From Podarcis bocagei (Eukaryota): a stretch of DNA of 64,000 nt. Made by a program: the position numbers and the translations under genes. The notes beneath the pieces were generated by a model. The model did not search any database. It was not told the DNA's origin and was given only the letters and a program-made list of their open reading frames with translations. The stretch is from NCBI GenBank assembly GCA_964188305.1, contig OZ076890.1. One strand, written 5' to 3'. Below are positions 49,630 through 59,908 of this stretch, piece after piece. Each line of letters begins with the position of its first letter. Position 1 is the stretch's first letter.

Positions 49630-51266
49630 GTAAGCAGGGGAGGCAGGAGCTGGAACTAGAATTCAAAAGATAGGACAGGATTTTTTTTTCATCTGTAGCA
49701 AAATGTGCTCAGTAAAATTGCACAGGATTTCTTACAACATTATTCCTGTTAACACTGCTGATACTAACTAGTGCCAAATTTTAATTATCACTACCTTAAG
49801 TTTCTCTGTTGCTTCCCTTCTTCTACTCTATTGTGCTGGACACTTAGAGTGTCACTGTTTTGTGTTTCAACACTCAAGCACACATTTGATTTTATTGACT
49901 TTGTGGCTTAGATCATTTGTGTTCATTGCATTTCAGTTAAAAGTTCCACAGATGAGCAGTATTATTCCTCTCATATATACCCACCCATCACATGCAGCAC
50001 TTTCCAGCCTCTGCAAAGTCCACATATAGCTTTAATATTGGCATTCATTTTGAAACAGAGGTTCTCAAACTTCTACAGAGTAGTCTCCTTTCGTTAAAGA
50101 AAAATAGACAATGCACTATCTGAAACACAAATATGTGCCTTTCTTTATAGCTTGTACATTTCCCCCCAGTTTGTAGCGATTGTGGGAAAGTTTCCCATTA
50201 TTTCTCCTGTTCTCCTACTGCAATATCCTATGCCTGGGAATAGTCAGTGTTAAAAATGTTTAAAAAAGTTATCAAACTGCTTATTGCTAGTAAAGTCTCA
50301 TGCATCAGCCCCAAATCATCTCTATTTTCCTGCCTGTGGGAAAATCCATTGCAAGCAATGGATTCTGAGTGGTTAATATGAACACAACAGCAGGAAGAAG
50401 GAATGAGTAGGCAAATGATGGATACATAGAAAAGGGGAAGAGTAGAAAGAGGTCCCCTTTTCTATGTAGCTTAATGGTAGAACACTTGCCTGGTAGTTTG
50501 CATGCATATATGACAGTCTCTGGGTAAATCCCTGACATCATCCACTAATGATTTCAAGTCGCAGAGCTAGGAAATAAAACTGCTAGTGATATACTGCCGA
50601 TTAGTATTGACTGTACTGGGCTTGATGTATCTATGGTCATATGTAGTAGTGAGCTGAAGATTGACAGTGAGAAATAGTGGCCTGCTTTAAGACAATGTAT
50701 CTGCCCTACACTTTTGAGAACTCCTGCTTTAACCAAACAAGACAGCAATTGGTTGTAGGCACAAATTGCTGGATACCCCCCCCACCATATCTTCTACTAG
50801 AGAGACGACATACCCAGCAACTTGTCCGTAGGGCCATAACTCTCTTTTTGGTGAAAGTAGGAGTTCTATCACAGTGATAATTATAGTGCTATCGTATCCT
50901 ATGCTATCATAATGGATTTTTTAAACTCTTTTCCTCACCTGCCAAATAACAGTGTTCAGGGCTGAAAGAACAAGATATATAGTTCAATTCATCATATGAT
51001 GAGAGAGAACATCAAAGTATAACTTGTGCAAAATATTTAAGCCTTGGGTTCAGCTTTACTGAGGATCATAATACTGAAGCTGCATAATTCCCTATTCCTT
51101 AAAAAGCCTTCACAAATACATTTTGCACCTGGCTCCACACATTACCATTATTTTGCCGTTGTCAGATCTTGGTGTTCCAATACACACTGAAATAAATCCC
51201 ACAATCCAGAAGTCTGCCCAGTCCTGCCTTATTCTCTGCCTCTGCGATGAACACCAACACTTTTGT

Positions 51267-51499
51267 GGTGTAGTGGTTAAGAGCAGTAGTCTTGTAATCT
51301 GGGGAACCGGGTTCACTTCCCCGCTCCTCCACATGCAGCTGCTGGGTGACCTTGGGCTGGTCACACTTCTCTGAAGTCTCTTAGCCCCACTCACCTCACA
51401 GTGTTTGTTGTGGGGGAGGAAGGGAAAGGAGAATGTTAGCCACTTTGAGACTCCTTCGGGTAGTGATAAAGCAGGATATCAAATCCAAACTCTTCTTCT
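51267..51499 (+). mobile_element. tRNA-derived SINE of lacertid/squamate type (POM-SINE/Squam3-like) with (TTC) tail
   Basis: A-box TGGTGTAGTGGTTAAG, B-box-like GGTTCACTTCC, core GCTGGGTGACCTTGGGC..GTCAC, L2-like tail; possible TSD CTTTTGT at 51260 and 51501. Confidence 0.8.
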
Positions 51500-51531
51500 G
51501 CTTTTGTTAATTTCTGCCTTTTGCTCTATAG

Positions 51532-51637
51532 TACATTTCAGCCAGCAATAACAATACTCCAATTCACGGTTTTTACATCTATTATCGACCAACCGACAGT
51601 GACAATGACAGTGATTACAAGAGGGATACGGTAGAAG
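51532..51637 (+). CDS. BOC: BOC coding exon 12, FN3-3 (Hedgehog-binding repeat)
   Basis: ctatag|TAC; [35 protein letters not shown]; G|gtaagg; 106 nt. Confidence 0.96.
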
Positions 51638-52165
51638 GTAAGGATTCACCAGCTGGTTGGATCCCAAATGTTAATTGCCCCAAATAGTCTACTGAGGGCT
51701 TATCCACACTTACCTTTTCTGCCCTTTTCCCAGGCACAGGCTGCACTTTAAAGCTCCGTATCCAAGTGCCCTTTTTTGCCCTGGAGCTTTCCTCATGAAA
51801 ACTCGCTCTTTAAAGCTGAATTCAGAGCAAATGCCAATCTGCGTAAAACCCAAATTGCCATTTGTTGCACTCCTACTTTAATGAGCAACTTTTTGCAAGG
51901 AAACCTCTGGGACAAAAAAAGAAAAGAGTGTTCTGACTCCCCCACTGCAAAGTGTTTATATGAAAAGGGCTTCTCAGTTGAAGCTGTGTGGGTGACTCAT
52001 TGGGTTGCTGTGAAGATAAAATGGAGATGGGGAGCCATTGAGCTCCTTGGAACAACAGAGGGATGTAAATATAATAAACAAATCATTTGCGTTGAGAGGA
52101 AAGGCCTCTTGGCTGGGTGGTGTGAAGATTCAGCTTCTGTACTTCTGACTAGTCACAGCGATACA

Positions 52166-52513
52166 GAAGCCCTTTCAGTACTATGTCCCCCTCCCCGAGA
52201 GGTTCAGAGGGTGGCAACACAAGGACGGGCCTTTCCTGTGGTAGCTCCCCAACTGTGGAATGCTCTCCCCAGAGAGGCTCGCCTGGCACCTTCATTACAT
52301 GTCTTTAGGCGCCAGGCAAAAGCCTTCCTCTTCAACCAGGCCTTTGACTATTAAATAATCTATGACTTGTTATTATGATTGTTTTATCATGCTGTCTATT
52401 GTTATGATTTTTATGATTTTTATTATTGGTGCTCTGAAATGTGTTGTTAAAGTTGTACACCACCCTGGGATCTTTTGATAAAGGGTGGTATATAAATTGA
52501 AATAATAATAATA
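52166..52513 (+). mobile_element. L2 LINE 3' end (ORF2 C-terminus + tail)
   Basis: RAFPVVAPQLWNALPREARLAPSLHVFRRQAKAFLFNQAF* is the L2 ORF2 C-terminal motif; followed by a (TAA)n tail. Confidence 0.88.
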
Positions 52514-52669
52514 GGCATTTCCCAGCAAGTGTAGGGAAAAATTGTGTTTGCTGTTAACTGTCCCATGTCTATATTGCTGTGTGATAATACAGTGATCCGT
52601 TTATGGCATTGGGATAGAGGTGTGAATAAAAGGAAAGTGACACTTGTGTGTATGTTGCTTCCTATTCAG

Positions 52670-52792
52670 GTGACCGGTACTGGCATTCTATCAGCCACCT
52701 CCAGCCAGAGACTTCATATGACATTAAGATGCAGTGCTTCAACGAGGGTGGGGAGAGTGAATTCAGTAATGTGATGATGTGTGAAACCAAAG
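52670..52792 (+). CDS. BOC: BOC coding exon 13, FN3-3 C-half
   Basis: attcag|GT; [40 protein letters not shown]; G|gtaact; 123 nt. Confidence 0.96.
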
Positions 52793-53250
52793 GTAACTAG
52801 TCCAACGCTATATTCAGGTGTCTCAGTTGCTCCTCCTCCACTTAGCAATATGAATAAGCTTGTGAAGAGATCAGGAAGTTTAGAAATATATTATCCATGG
52901 GTGATACGTGTGAGAAACTGATTAGGAGAGCAAATAATATGAAACTAAGGAAAGGAAGGAGTTCTGGTGATAAAAATTCATTCATTAACTGCAGAATTTG
53001 AAGGCTAGGCATAAGTCCCCCCATTGGTGAAAAAAGTGACCCAAATGGATATTATGCAGTAGGTCAGGAGTGGGGAACCTTTTTCCTCCCATTCCCTTCT
53101 GAGCCACCTTATGGCGGCCAAGTGCCAGCATTGGGCAGAGCAAGAGGCAAAAAGGGGCTGAGCAATGAATCCAAACTAGGTTCATAAACTATGAAGAAGC
53201 TGCAATATGTGGAGGCTGCCTTGCACCTTCACTGCATATCTTTAGATGCT

Positions 53251-53408
53251 AGGAAAAACATTTCTCTTTTCGCAGGCCTTTGACTGCTTAAACAGGCTAT
53301 GGCTTTTTAAATTTGGGGGGGGTATTTTGTTTATTACTATGTTATGCATTTTTATGTGATCCTTGGATGAAGGATAGTATAGAAATTTAATTAATAATAA
53401 TAATAATA
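53251..53408 (+). mobile_element. L2 3' tail fragment
   Basis: aaaacatttctcttttcgcaggcctttgactg...tgatccttggatgaagg..agtat.gaaattt + (TAA)n. Confidence 0.7.
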
Positions 53409-53496
53409 CATTGAGAGAACCTTGTTGAGACTGAAAGATTGGGGTGGGCATGGAGGCTGTGTAAAGATCTTAACTATGATTTTCTCTCTCTTGAAG

Positions 53497-53718
53497 CTCG
53501 CAAATCTGCAGGAGTGCCTGGTCACCTCCCACCATCTACAGTATCTACGATACATCACCCCCCACCCAACAGTGGCCATAATTTCTTAGGGGCAGGGGCC
53601 ATGGTGGCTCGCTCCAGTGATCTGCCATACTTGATTGTAGGGGTGGTGCTGGGCTCCATCGTTCTCATCATTGTGGCATTCATTCCATTTTGCCTTTGGA
53701 GGGCTTGGTCCAAGCAGA
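53497..53718 (+). CDS. BOC: BOC coding exon 14, juxtamembrane + transmembrane helix
   Basis: ttgaag|CT; ARKS...GAMVARSSDLPYLIVGVVLGSIVLIIVAFIPFCLWRAWSKQ; A|gtaagt; 222 nt. Confidence 0.96.
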
Positions 53719-54128
53719 GTAAGTGACTTGAACAAAAGGTACCTGTAACTCTGAAACAAAGGGCACGCACACAACTTTGACTGGAGGTTATGGGCTATAA
53801 TAAGGGAAACCAACCCAATTTCATGATATTCCTATTCACAGGAAATGTTGCGTGAATAACTCGTCCTCAAATAACTTCACATGTGCATGTGATTAAATTC
53901 TGACTTCCCAAAGTCATTTCATGAACATAACTGTCTGAATTGGCTCTGTGGCCTTAAAAAGCCCACTCATAACCAAGGCCCAAAGATATTCTATACTGTT
54001 CTCAGAATGTTTTTTCCTGTTTTCTCTTTCTTCCCCAATGGCTATGTCTACGGTGTTTCCATTTATAGCAGCAGCTCATGTTATGTCTGTGTTCAGTCTT
54101 TAACATGTATATTCTTTTGTCATTTCAG

Positions 54129-54355
54129 AGCAGAGCATAGATCTGGGTTTTCCTGGTGCAGGGCTGCTGGTGTCCTCTTGCCAGTACACCATGGTGCCCC
54201 TGCAAGGGGTCTCCACTCCTCAAGCTAATGGGCTGCGTTATGCGAATGGCGTGCATCTGCCAGCACACCAGGGAGCCAATGGCCATTACCCCTCTGCTAC
54301 AATTGGATATCCCAACGCAAAGTCACAGGATTACAGCCCAGATGAGGTTCAACAG
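54129..54355 (+). CDS. BOC: BOC coding exon 15, cytoplasmic
   Basis: tttcag|AG; KQSIDLGFPGAGLLVSSCQYTMVPLQG...PDEVQQ|gtaaat; 227 nt. Confidence 0.92.
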
Positions 54356-55048
54356 GTAAATTTATTTAGCAACAGCAGGGGGTGTTGAGTGACTTCTTTA
54401 TCTCCTTGCCCTGAATAATGGCTCATTGCAATGCCCAATGCCTAGTGTTCTGTTTCTGCCTCAGGAGGCAGAAGAGGAAGGGAAATGCTTTGCCAGAAAC
54501 TTCAGTTCCCAGACTAAAATTTATTTAGAGATTATATACCCTGCTGACTAACCAAAGTTTTCAGCTTGACTTGCAGTATATTTAAAATGCAATAAATTAT
54601 GGCAGGGCAGCTATACTATTTATATAAGCTTTCCCCTAGCGACCACTGTTCCAGTTGCCACTCTGCAGCTGAATCTTCACATTTGGAAATGGCGGCTGAA
54701 TCAGCCAGATGTTAAGTTCCTCATATGCCACGGTTTCTTCATTGGACTGTTGCCAGTGTTCCTTACAGCCACAGCCTCTGGGGGCAGATGCAAAGGTGTT
54801 GTAAGCCTTCCTCCCAGAATGTAAACCTGGAGAGGTCACTCTTGTTTTTAGGTCTTTTGGACAAGCGGAAAATTTTGAACCTATAGATTCTGAATATGAT
54901 GCAATAAATAGCCTTTGAGCATCTAACTGGTTATTAACAAACCTTTTAAAGCATCGCATCCTTTAAAATGCAGTACATAAATTCCCCATGGCCATTTGTA
55001 TGCAAAGTTTCAGAAGCCATTTGTATGCAAAGACCCAGAGACGCAGTA

Positions 55049-55294
55049 CAGTCATACCTTGGGTTAAAGTAGCTTCGGGTTGAGCGTTTTCGGGTTGTGC
55101 TCTGCGGCGACCCGGAAGTAACAGAATGCGTTACTTCCGGGTTTCGCTGCTCGCACATGCGCAGATGCTCAAAATGATGTCACGCGCATGTGCAGACGCA
55201 GCGAATTGCAGCACGCACAGACGCGGGTTGCGTTCTCTTCAGGATGCGAACGGGGCTCTGGAACGGACCCCGTTCACATCCAGAGGTACCACTG
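55049..55294. mobile_element. Tc1/mariner (Tigger-like) MITE, CpG-rich
   Basis: TA|CAGTCATACCTTGG ... CAGAGGTACCACTG|TA; internal perfect 13-bp inverted repeat. Confidence 0.8.
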
Positions 55295-55489
55295 TAATCC
55301 TGTGGTTCTGGATCAATGTAGAGTCCAGTTCCCTAAAGCAGCTCAGTTTTTATAATCCTAGAAGCAGTAATGGTTCTGAATATCTAAAGTTGAACTCCTT
55401 TGGCATAATCCCATGCATTGGCTTTGGAATCTAGACTCTTTAATTGTCTTCTAGATTTTTCTTTTTCTAATTAATTTTTTTATTCTCAG

Positions 55490-55560
55490 CAGAATGGGAC
55501 CAATGCGTTTCTGCAGGGGAGTGTGCTGCAAAATGGAAATATTCCAGCTGAACACCAGAG
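55490..55560 (+). CDS. BOC: BOC coding exon 16, cytoplasmic (NAGNAG acceptor, alternative start 55493)
   Basis: Long pyrimidine tract + ctcag|cag|; QNGTNAFLQGSVLQNGNIPAEHQ; AG|gtatga; 71 nt; phase 0 in / phase 2 out fits both neighbours. Confidence 0.85.
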
Positions 55561-56325
55561 GTATGACTCTAGCCATCAGGCTACATGTGTAATGGCAATA
55601 TGATGTCACAGAAATGATGGAAACGCCTCTTATGTCAGCATTTCTGTCATGCAAGATTGTCTTCATTAGGGCCGTAAAAAATCAAAGCTCATACCACGTT
55701 TTGTTCAGCAATCTGTTCCCTTCAAGTTTTATAGAAGTGAAATTGGAAGTCCTTTAATTTCATGGTACTAATGGCACAATAGGACTGATTCACTAATTGC
55801 TTTTAAACTGAGGCAGACAAAACAAATGTATCTTACGGTAGCAGGCCTGTGTGTGTATAGGCTCACTGCAGATTAAAGAACATCTCAGAATCAGATTAAT
55901 AACCTAATAGGTAATTGTCCAAACATTCTCAGCAATTTAGTGAGATATAGCCCCACAATTCTGCTCTCCTGCCTTCATCATAGCTCATGATCATTACCCA
56001 ACCCAGTTAACCCTACCTTAACCCACCAAAATCAATCACCTATCATACCTAGTCACTGTCTGCTCCAAAATACATGGCAACCTCATCCTCTTGATAACCT
56101 CTGTGAAATGTAATGCTCAGTAATCACAACGCAATTGAAACTGCATACTATATTGTTGTGTAAGATTATATCCTACTAGAACCTAGAACAATGAGCATGG
56201 AAATGAGCGTATGAACTCTGCCAAACTGTGTCCTTTTTGTTTCTTCAATTAACTTGTATATGAGGAAGTTAATCAGAGGATAATTGAAGATGATGTCCTC
56301 AAATTGCTTTTTCTCTGCAACTTAG

Positions 56326-56516
56326 GTCACCTAGTCCTGGACCAGAACAGAATTCTTTTCTCTATGGGCTTCCAGATGACTCCACACACCAGCTGCTTCA
56401 GCAACATGACAATTGCCATCATCGTGAACATTACCTTGACCTGTGTCACTCTGTGCCACAAGGCAAAATGGGCAACTCCACTAAGGAAATCATGAAGGAT
56501 CCTGTCTTCCATACAG
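56326..56516 (+). CDS. BOC: BOC coding exon 17, cytoplasmic
   Basis: acttag|G; SPSPGPEQNSFLYGLPDDSTHQLLQ...DPVFHT; G|gtcagt; 191 nt. Confidence 0.93.
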
Positions 56517-57370
56517 GTCAGTGGGACATTAACCATAAAAGGAGATTTTTGCTGCTGTTGCTTGCTATGCATTAACCTTTGGAGGAAAGTTGCTGCTTTC
56601 TAAATCTAGGGCAGGACCTTGATGTGAAAAGCAGAGAGAATGGTAGGCATGGGCTTTCTATTCAGTTAAAGTTCTGCATTATTTGCAAGTTATATATGGT
56701 GGCATATACAGAAACTAATGTTCAAGCATTTGAAATATACGGCCTAGAAAGATAGATCCAATAGATCCAACTGGAGCATATTCAACTTTCCAATGACATT
56801 GCTCTGCCTCCAACCCAAAACTGCACGCATCTATATCAATTTCAGTAAATGTCAGAGAGTGAATTTTGATTTGGAAAATGTCAAGTATTTTATACTAATG
56901 CAGGCTTCTTTCACACAATCATTTTTGTGTTAGTGTCACAGAAATGATTGCATGAAATAACAGTGTAGCTCAAGTCTGAAATGTCAAAAACAATTACCAA
57001 AGGCTTACTTGGCATTTACTAATATGCCTTTTGCTGGCAAATGGAATAAATCAGAGTAGAAACTTGTCATTAATTGGTGATTTTTGAGAATTTATCAGTA
57101 ATTGGCAGAATTTGCAGATATTTTCCACTGGCATCACTTTTACTAGAAACTCTTAGCATTTCAGTATATGTCACTTCATTTTTTTATATTTTCAGTAATA
57201 CAATCATAGCTTGCTATCTGACAAATTGTAGTAACCCTTCTGGAAGATCTCCAGAGCAGGGATTTAAGCTCTTTTGGTGGACTTTCATAGTGAATTCCTT
57301 TCAAAGTGTTTTGAAGAATAGTGGTATCTGACCAAGGACACACTTTCATTGTCCTTCCTTGTCTTCCCAG

Positions 57371-57552
57371 ATTCTGCCTGCTGCCTTGGTCTAGTACCAG
57401 TTGAAGACGTAGAGAGGACAGATTTCTGCCAAGATGAACGACAAGTGTGGCCCCCAAACACAGTGGACACTTGCTTGGCCGGAAGCACAGAGAAGCATCT
57501 GAACAGCCTGCCACTGCATGTTCCCTTAGAGACACTTCCTGGCACCAGTTAG
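57371..57552 (+). CDS. BOC: BOC last coding exon, stop TAG
   Basis: tcccag|AT; DSACCLGLVPVEDVE...PLETLPGTS*. Confidence 0.94.
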
Positions 57553-58430
57553 GGAACTAATTGCCTTACAAAGACTATTCTAAACAGAAAAAGGGTTATT
57601 TATTTTTGTATTACATCTCTATTTATATATTTATGCACTTGTAAATAGATGTGTATCTGCCTTCTATAATTACGCTGAAATAAATGGCATCATGCGCAAG
57701 AGGTGATAAACTGAGGCAACAGCATGTGCTTCCATCAGATCACGACTTGGAAAAGGCAGCTTCCTACTCTCAGCGACAGAATAAGCACAAGGGCAAGAGC
57801 TGCATTCTCCAGCTGCAAGAAGGTGTCTCTAAATGGTGAGATTATGGGAAAGGGTCTTTACTTGCCTCCCAGCAGGAGGAATCTCATTGCAGAATGCCAA
57901 AGGAAAACAAATATAAAGTAGGTACCATATTTATCTGCATTAACAAGCAATATATACAAGCACAGATTCTGTGATAGTGTGCCTATATAATGAAACCAAT
58001 GCCATGCTTCATCGAGTAAATAAAGACTGTTTCTTCCCTTTGACTGAACTTTTATTTAGGTTCCTTATACTTAGGTAAAGCCTCCTTTCCTCATGTTACA
58101 GTCCCCTTAGCATTCATTTTTCACCAAACACACACCTCATTAAGATAATGGATAACACTAAGGAAGAAAGTTTAGCACTCAAAATGAAACATTTTAAGCT
58201 TCTGGTTTCAGTGCAAATTTAGGGTATTAATGTGATCAGGTTCTAGTCTATAGGAAGATGAGTCATCTAGGAAATGGTTTTTACCTATAACCATTTCATT
58301 AAGCATCATGAATATCTACTGGAGCAGACAGAGACCTTTTGTTTCTTTAAAGTAACAGCTTCTCTTTGAAGTCAGAGTCTGGTACAGAAATGTTTTTAAA
58401 AGTAAATAAATCAGTGCTAGTTTTTATATA
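57553..58430 (+). promoter_or_regulatory. BOC: Probable BOC 3'UTR with candidate poly(A) signals AATAAA at 57679, 58019, 58405
   Basis: AU-rich repeat-free sequence after the stop with three AATAAA hexamers. The actual cleavage site cannot be determined from sequence. Confidence 0.55.
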
Positions 58431-59197
58431 TATATACCAGTATATATAAAAAGCTGAGAATTCTCCAGATAGCAAGCACATCATTTGAAGCAATGCTGAG
58501 TTCAGTACAAAGTATAAGGTGAACAGCTCCACGGCTGAATGAGGACATCAAAACAATTGCTATATTGACTGAGATTTTATTGTCAATCTCATAAGTATTT
58601 ATCAACAACACAATTCCAGGTTGAAAGTACAGATATGGAGACACATCTGCATCAAGATACTAATTGCCCGATTAGGAGGACAAGGCTTGTATATCCATTG
58701 TGCCTGATCTTGCATATATTTGGATCCGGAAGTAAAACATCTATTTGAAGACTTTAAGACAGCATAGTTAATTGTGCCTTCCAGATGTCGGCCTTCATCA
58801 ACCCTGACCATTTGGCCAGGCTGCCTGGGTTGACCAACACCATGTCCCCATGTGCCCAAAGCCAATGGTGTACACTAAGTAAATGTGAGATAGATGGGGT
58901 TGCTACTGTTTTCTTAATAGTGCCTCTTGTGCCTTTAACAGCCATATGAAAGACAAATTCAAGAGCTGCAACTTTCTCCCATCAATGTATCAAATCACTG
59001 AAGGCAAGGAAAAGTTTTAACATTCTGCCTGGCCTATGCTATTAAAAGGTCCAGAATTTCCGCCAAAAGGGGAAGAGCTTTAAGACCAGGAGACATTATA
59101 TGAAACTTAAATCTCAAGGGCTAGCTTGCGAATTATTCTCATGCAGTAGGATTGATATGCATAAAAAATGAGAACAAGGGAATGACATGAAAAGGAT

Positions 59198-59383
59198 TTA
59201 ATCCAGCATCCCACCTTGAGGATATCCAGGCTGAGATGGTGGAAAGATGCGGCCATCCTTCCTGCTTAGAAGAGTGATTTCTTCTTTCAGGACTTCAGCT
59301 TCTTGGGCTTGTAACTGGACCAATGCAATTAGCTTCTCCTTCTCCTCAATATCTGATTTGCGAGGCCCTTGGAATTCTGCTCC
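59198..59383 (-). CDS. CFAP44: CFAP44 (WDR52) last coding exon
   Basis: cttcag|GGA; GAEFQGPRKSDIEEKEKLIALVQLQAQEAEVLKEEITLLSRKDGRIFPP...* resembles the CFAP44 C-terminus (LKEEIxLLxRKG); convergent with BOC. Confidence 0.9.
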   Translation of the reverse strand, partial: GAEFQGPRKSDIEEKEKLIALVQLQAQEAEVLKEEITLLSRKDGRIFPPSQPGYPQGGMLD

Positions 59384-59773
59384 CTGAAGAAACAAAAGCC
59401 AAAAACTGCCCTCAATCACAGAGGAAACAATGCCATTACTTATAGATTCCAGGTACAGAAAACTTACAACACTTTTGACCGTAATACTACCAAGGAGCTC
59501 ACTCCCTTCTTGATGTTGGGCAAATTACTTTCTCTGATGATTGGTTTGTGTCATTCCTCTCACCCAATGTGGTTTAAATGCAGGCACATATTCAATACAA
59601 GGAATAAACCACAGAGAAAATGTGGATCAGGTTATTGAGGAACATGAATAACGCCCTCCCTAGGTAGGACAGCAACTAGTAGGATCAGTTTACAGTTATA
59701 ACCTCTAAAGCAGCCCGAGAAAAAAGTTTATTTGGCTTGCTAGTCAGGAACAAGTGATCAAAGCAGCACATAC

Positions 59774-59908
59774 CAGGTTATTCTGTAGTGCGTCCAACTT
59801 AGTTTCAAGCGTCATCTTCTCCATACAAAATGTGTTCATTTGCTTCAGTTTGCCAGTATTTTCTTGCGTCACCATCATCAACTCTTGACGCAGGTCAACA
59901 ATTTTATC
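59774..59908 (-). CDS. CFAP44: CFAP44 penultimate coding exon
   Basis: tgcag|GAT; DKIVDLRQELMMVTQENTGKLKQMNTFCMEKMTLETKLDALQNNL|gtatgt; 135 nt coiled-coil, phase 0/0. Confidence 0.88.

Larger units (their letters stand above)
23834..57552 (+). other. BOC: BOC gene, span of complete CDS (18 coding exons, 3303 nt, ~1100 aa)
   Basis: Exons translate to signal peptide + 4 Ig + 3 FN3 + TM + tail with BOC-diagnostic peptides ([79 protein letters not shown]). All introns are GT-AG, phases match and the total is divisible by 3. The neighbour CFAP44 fits known synteny. Confidence 0.97.
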
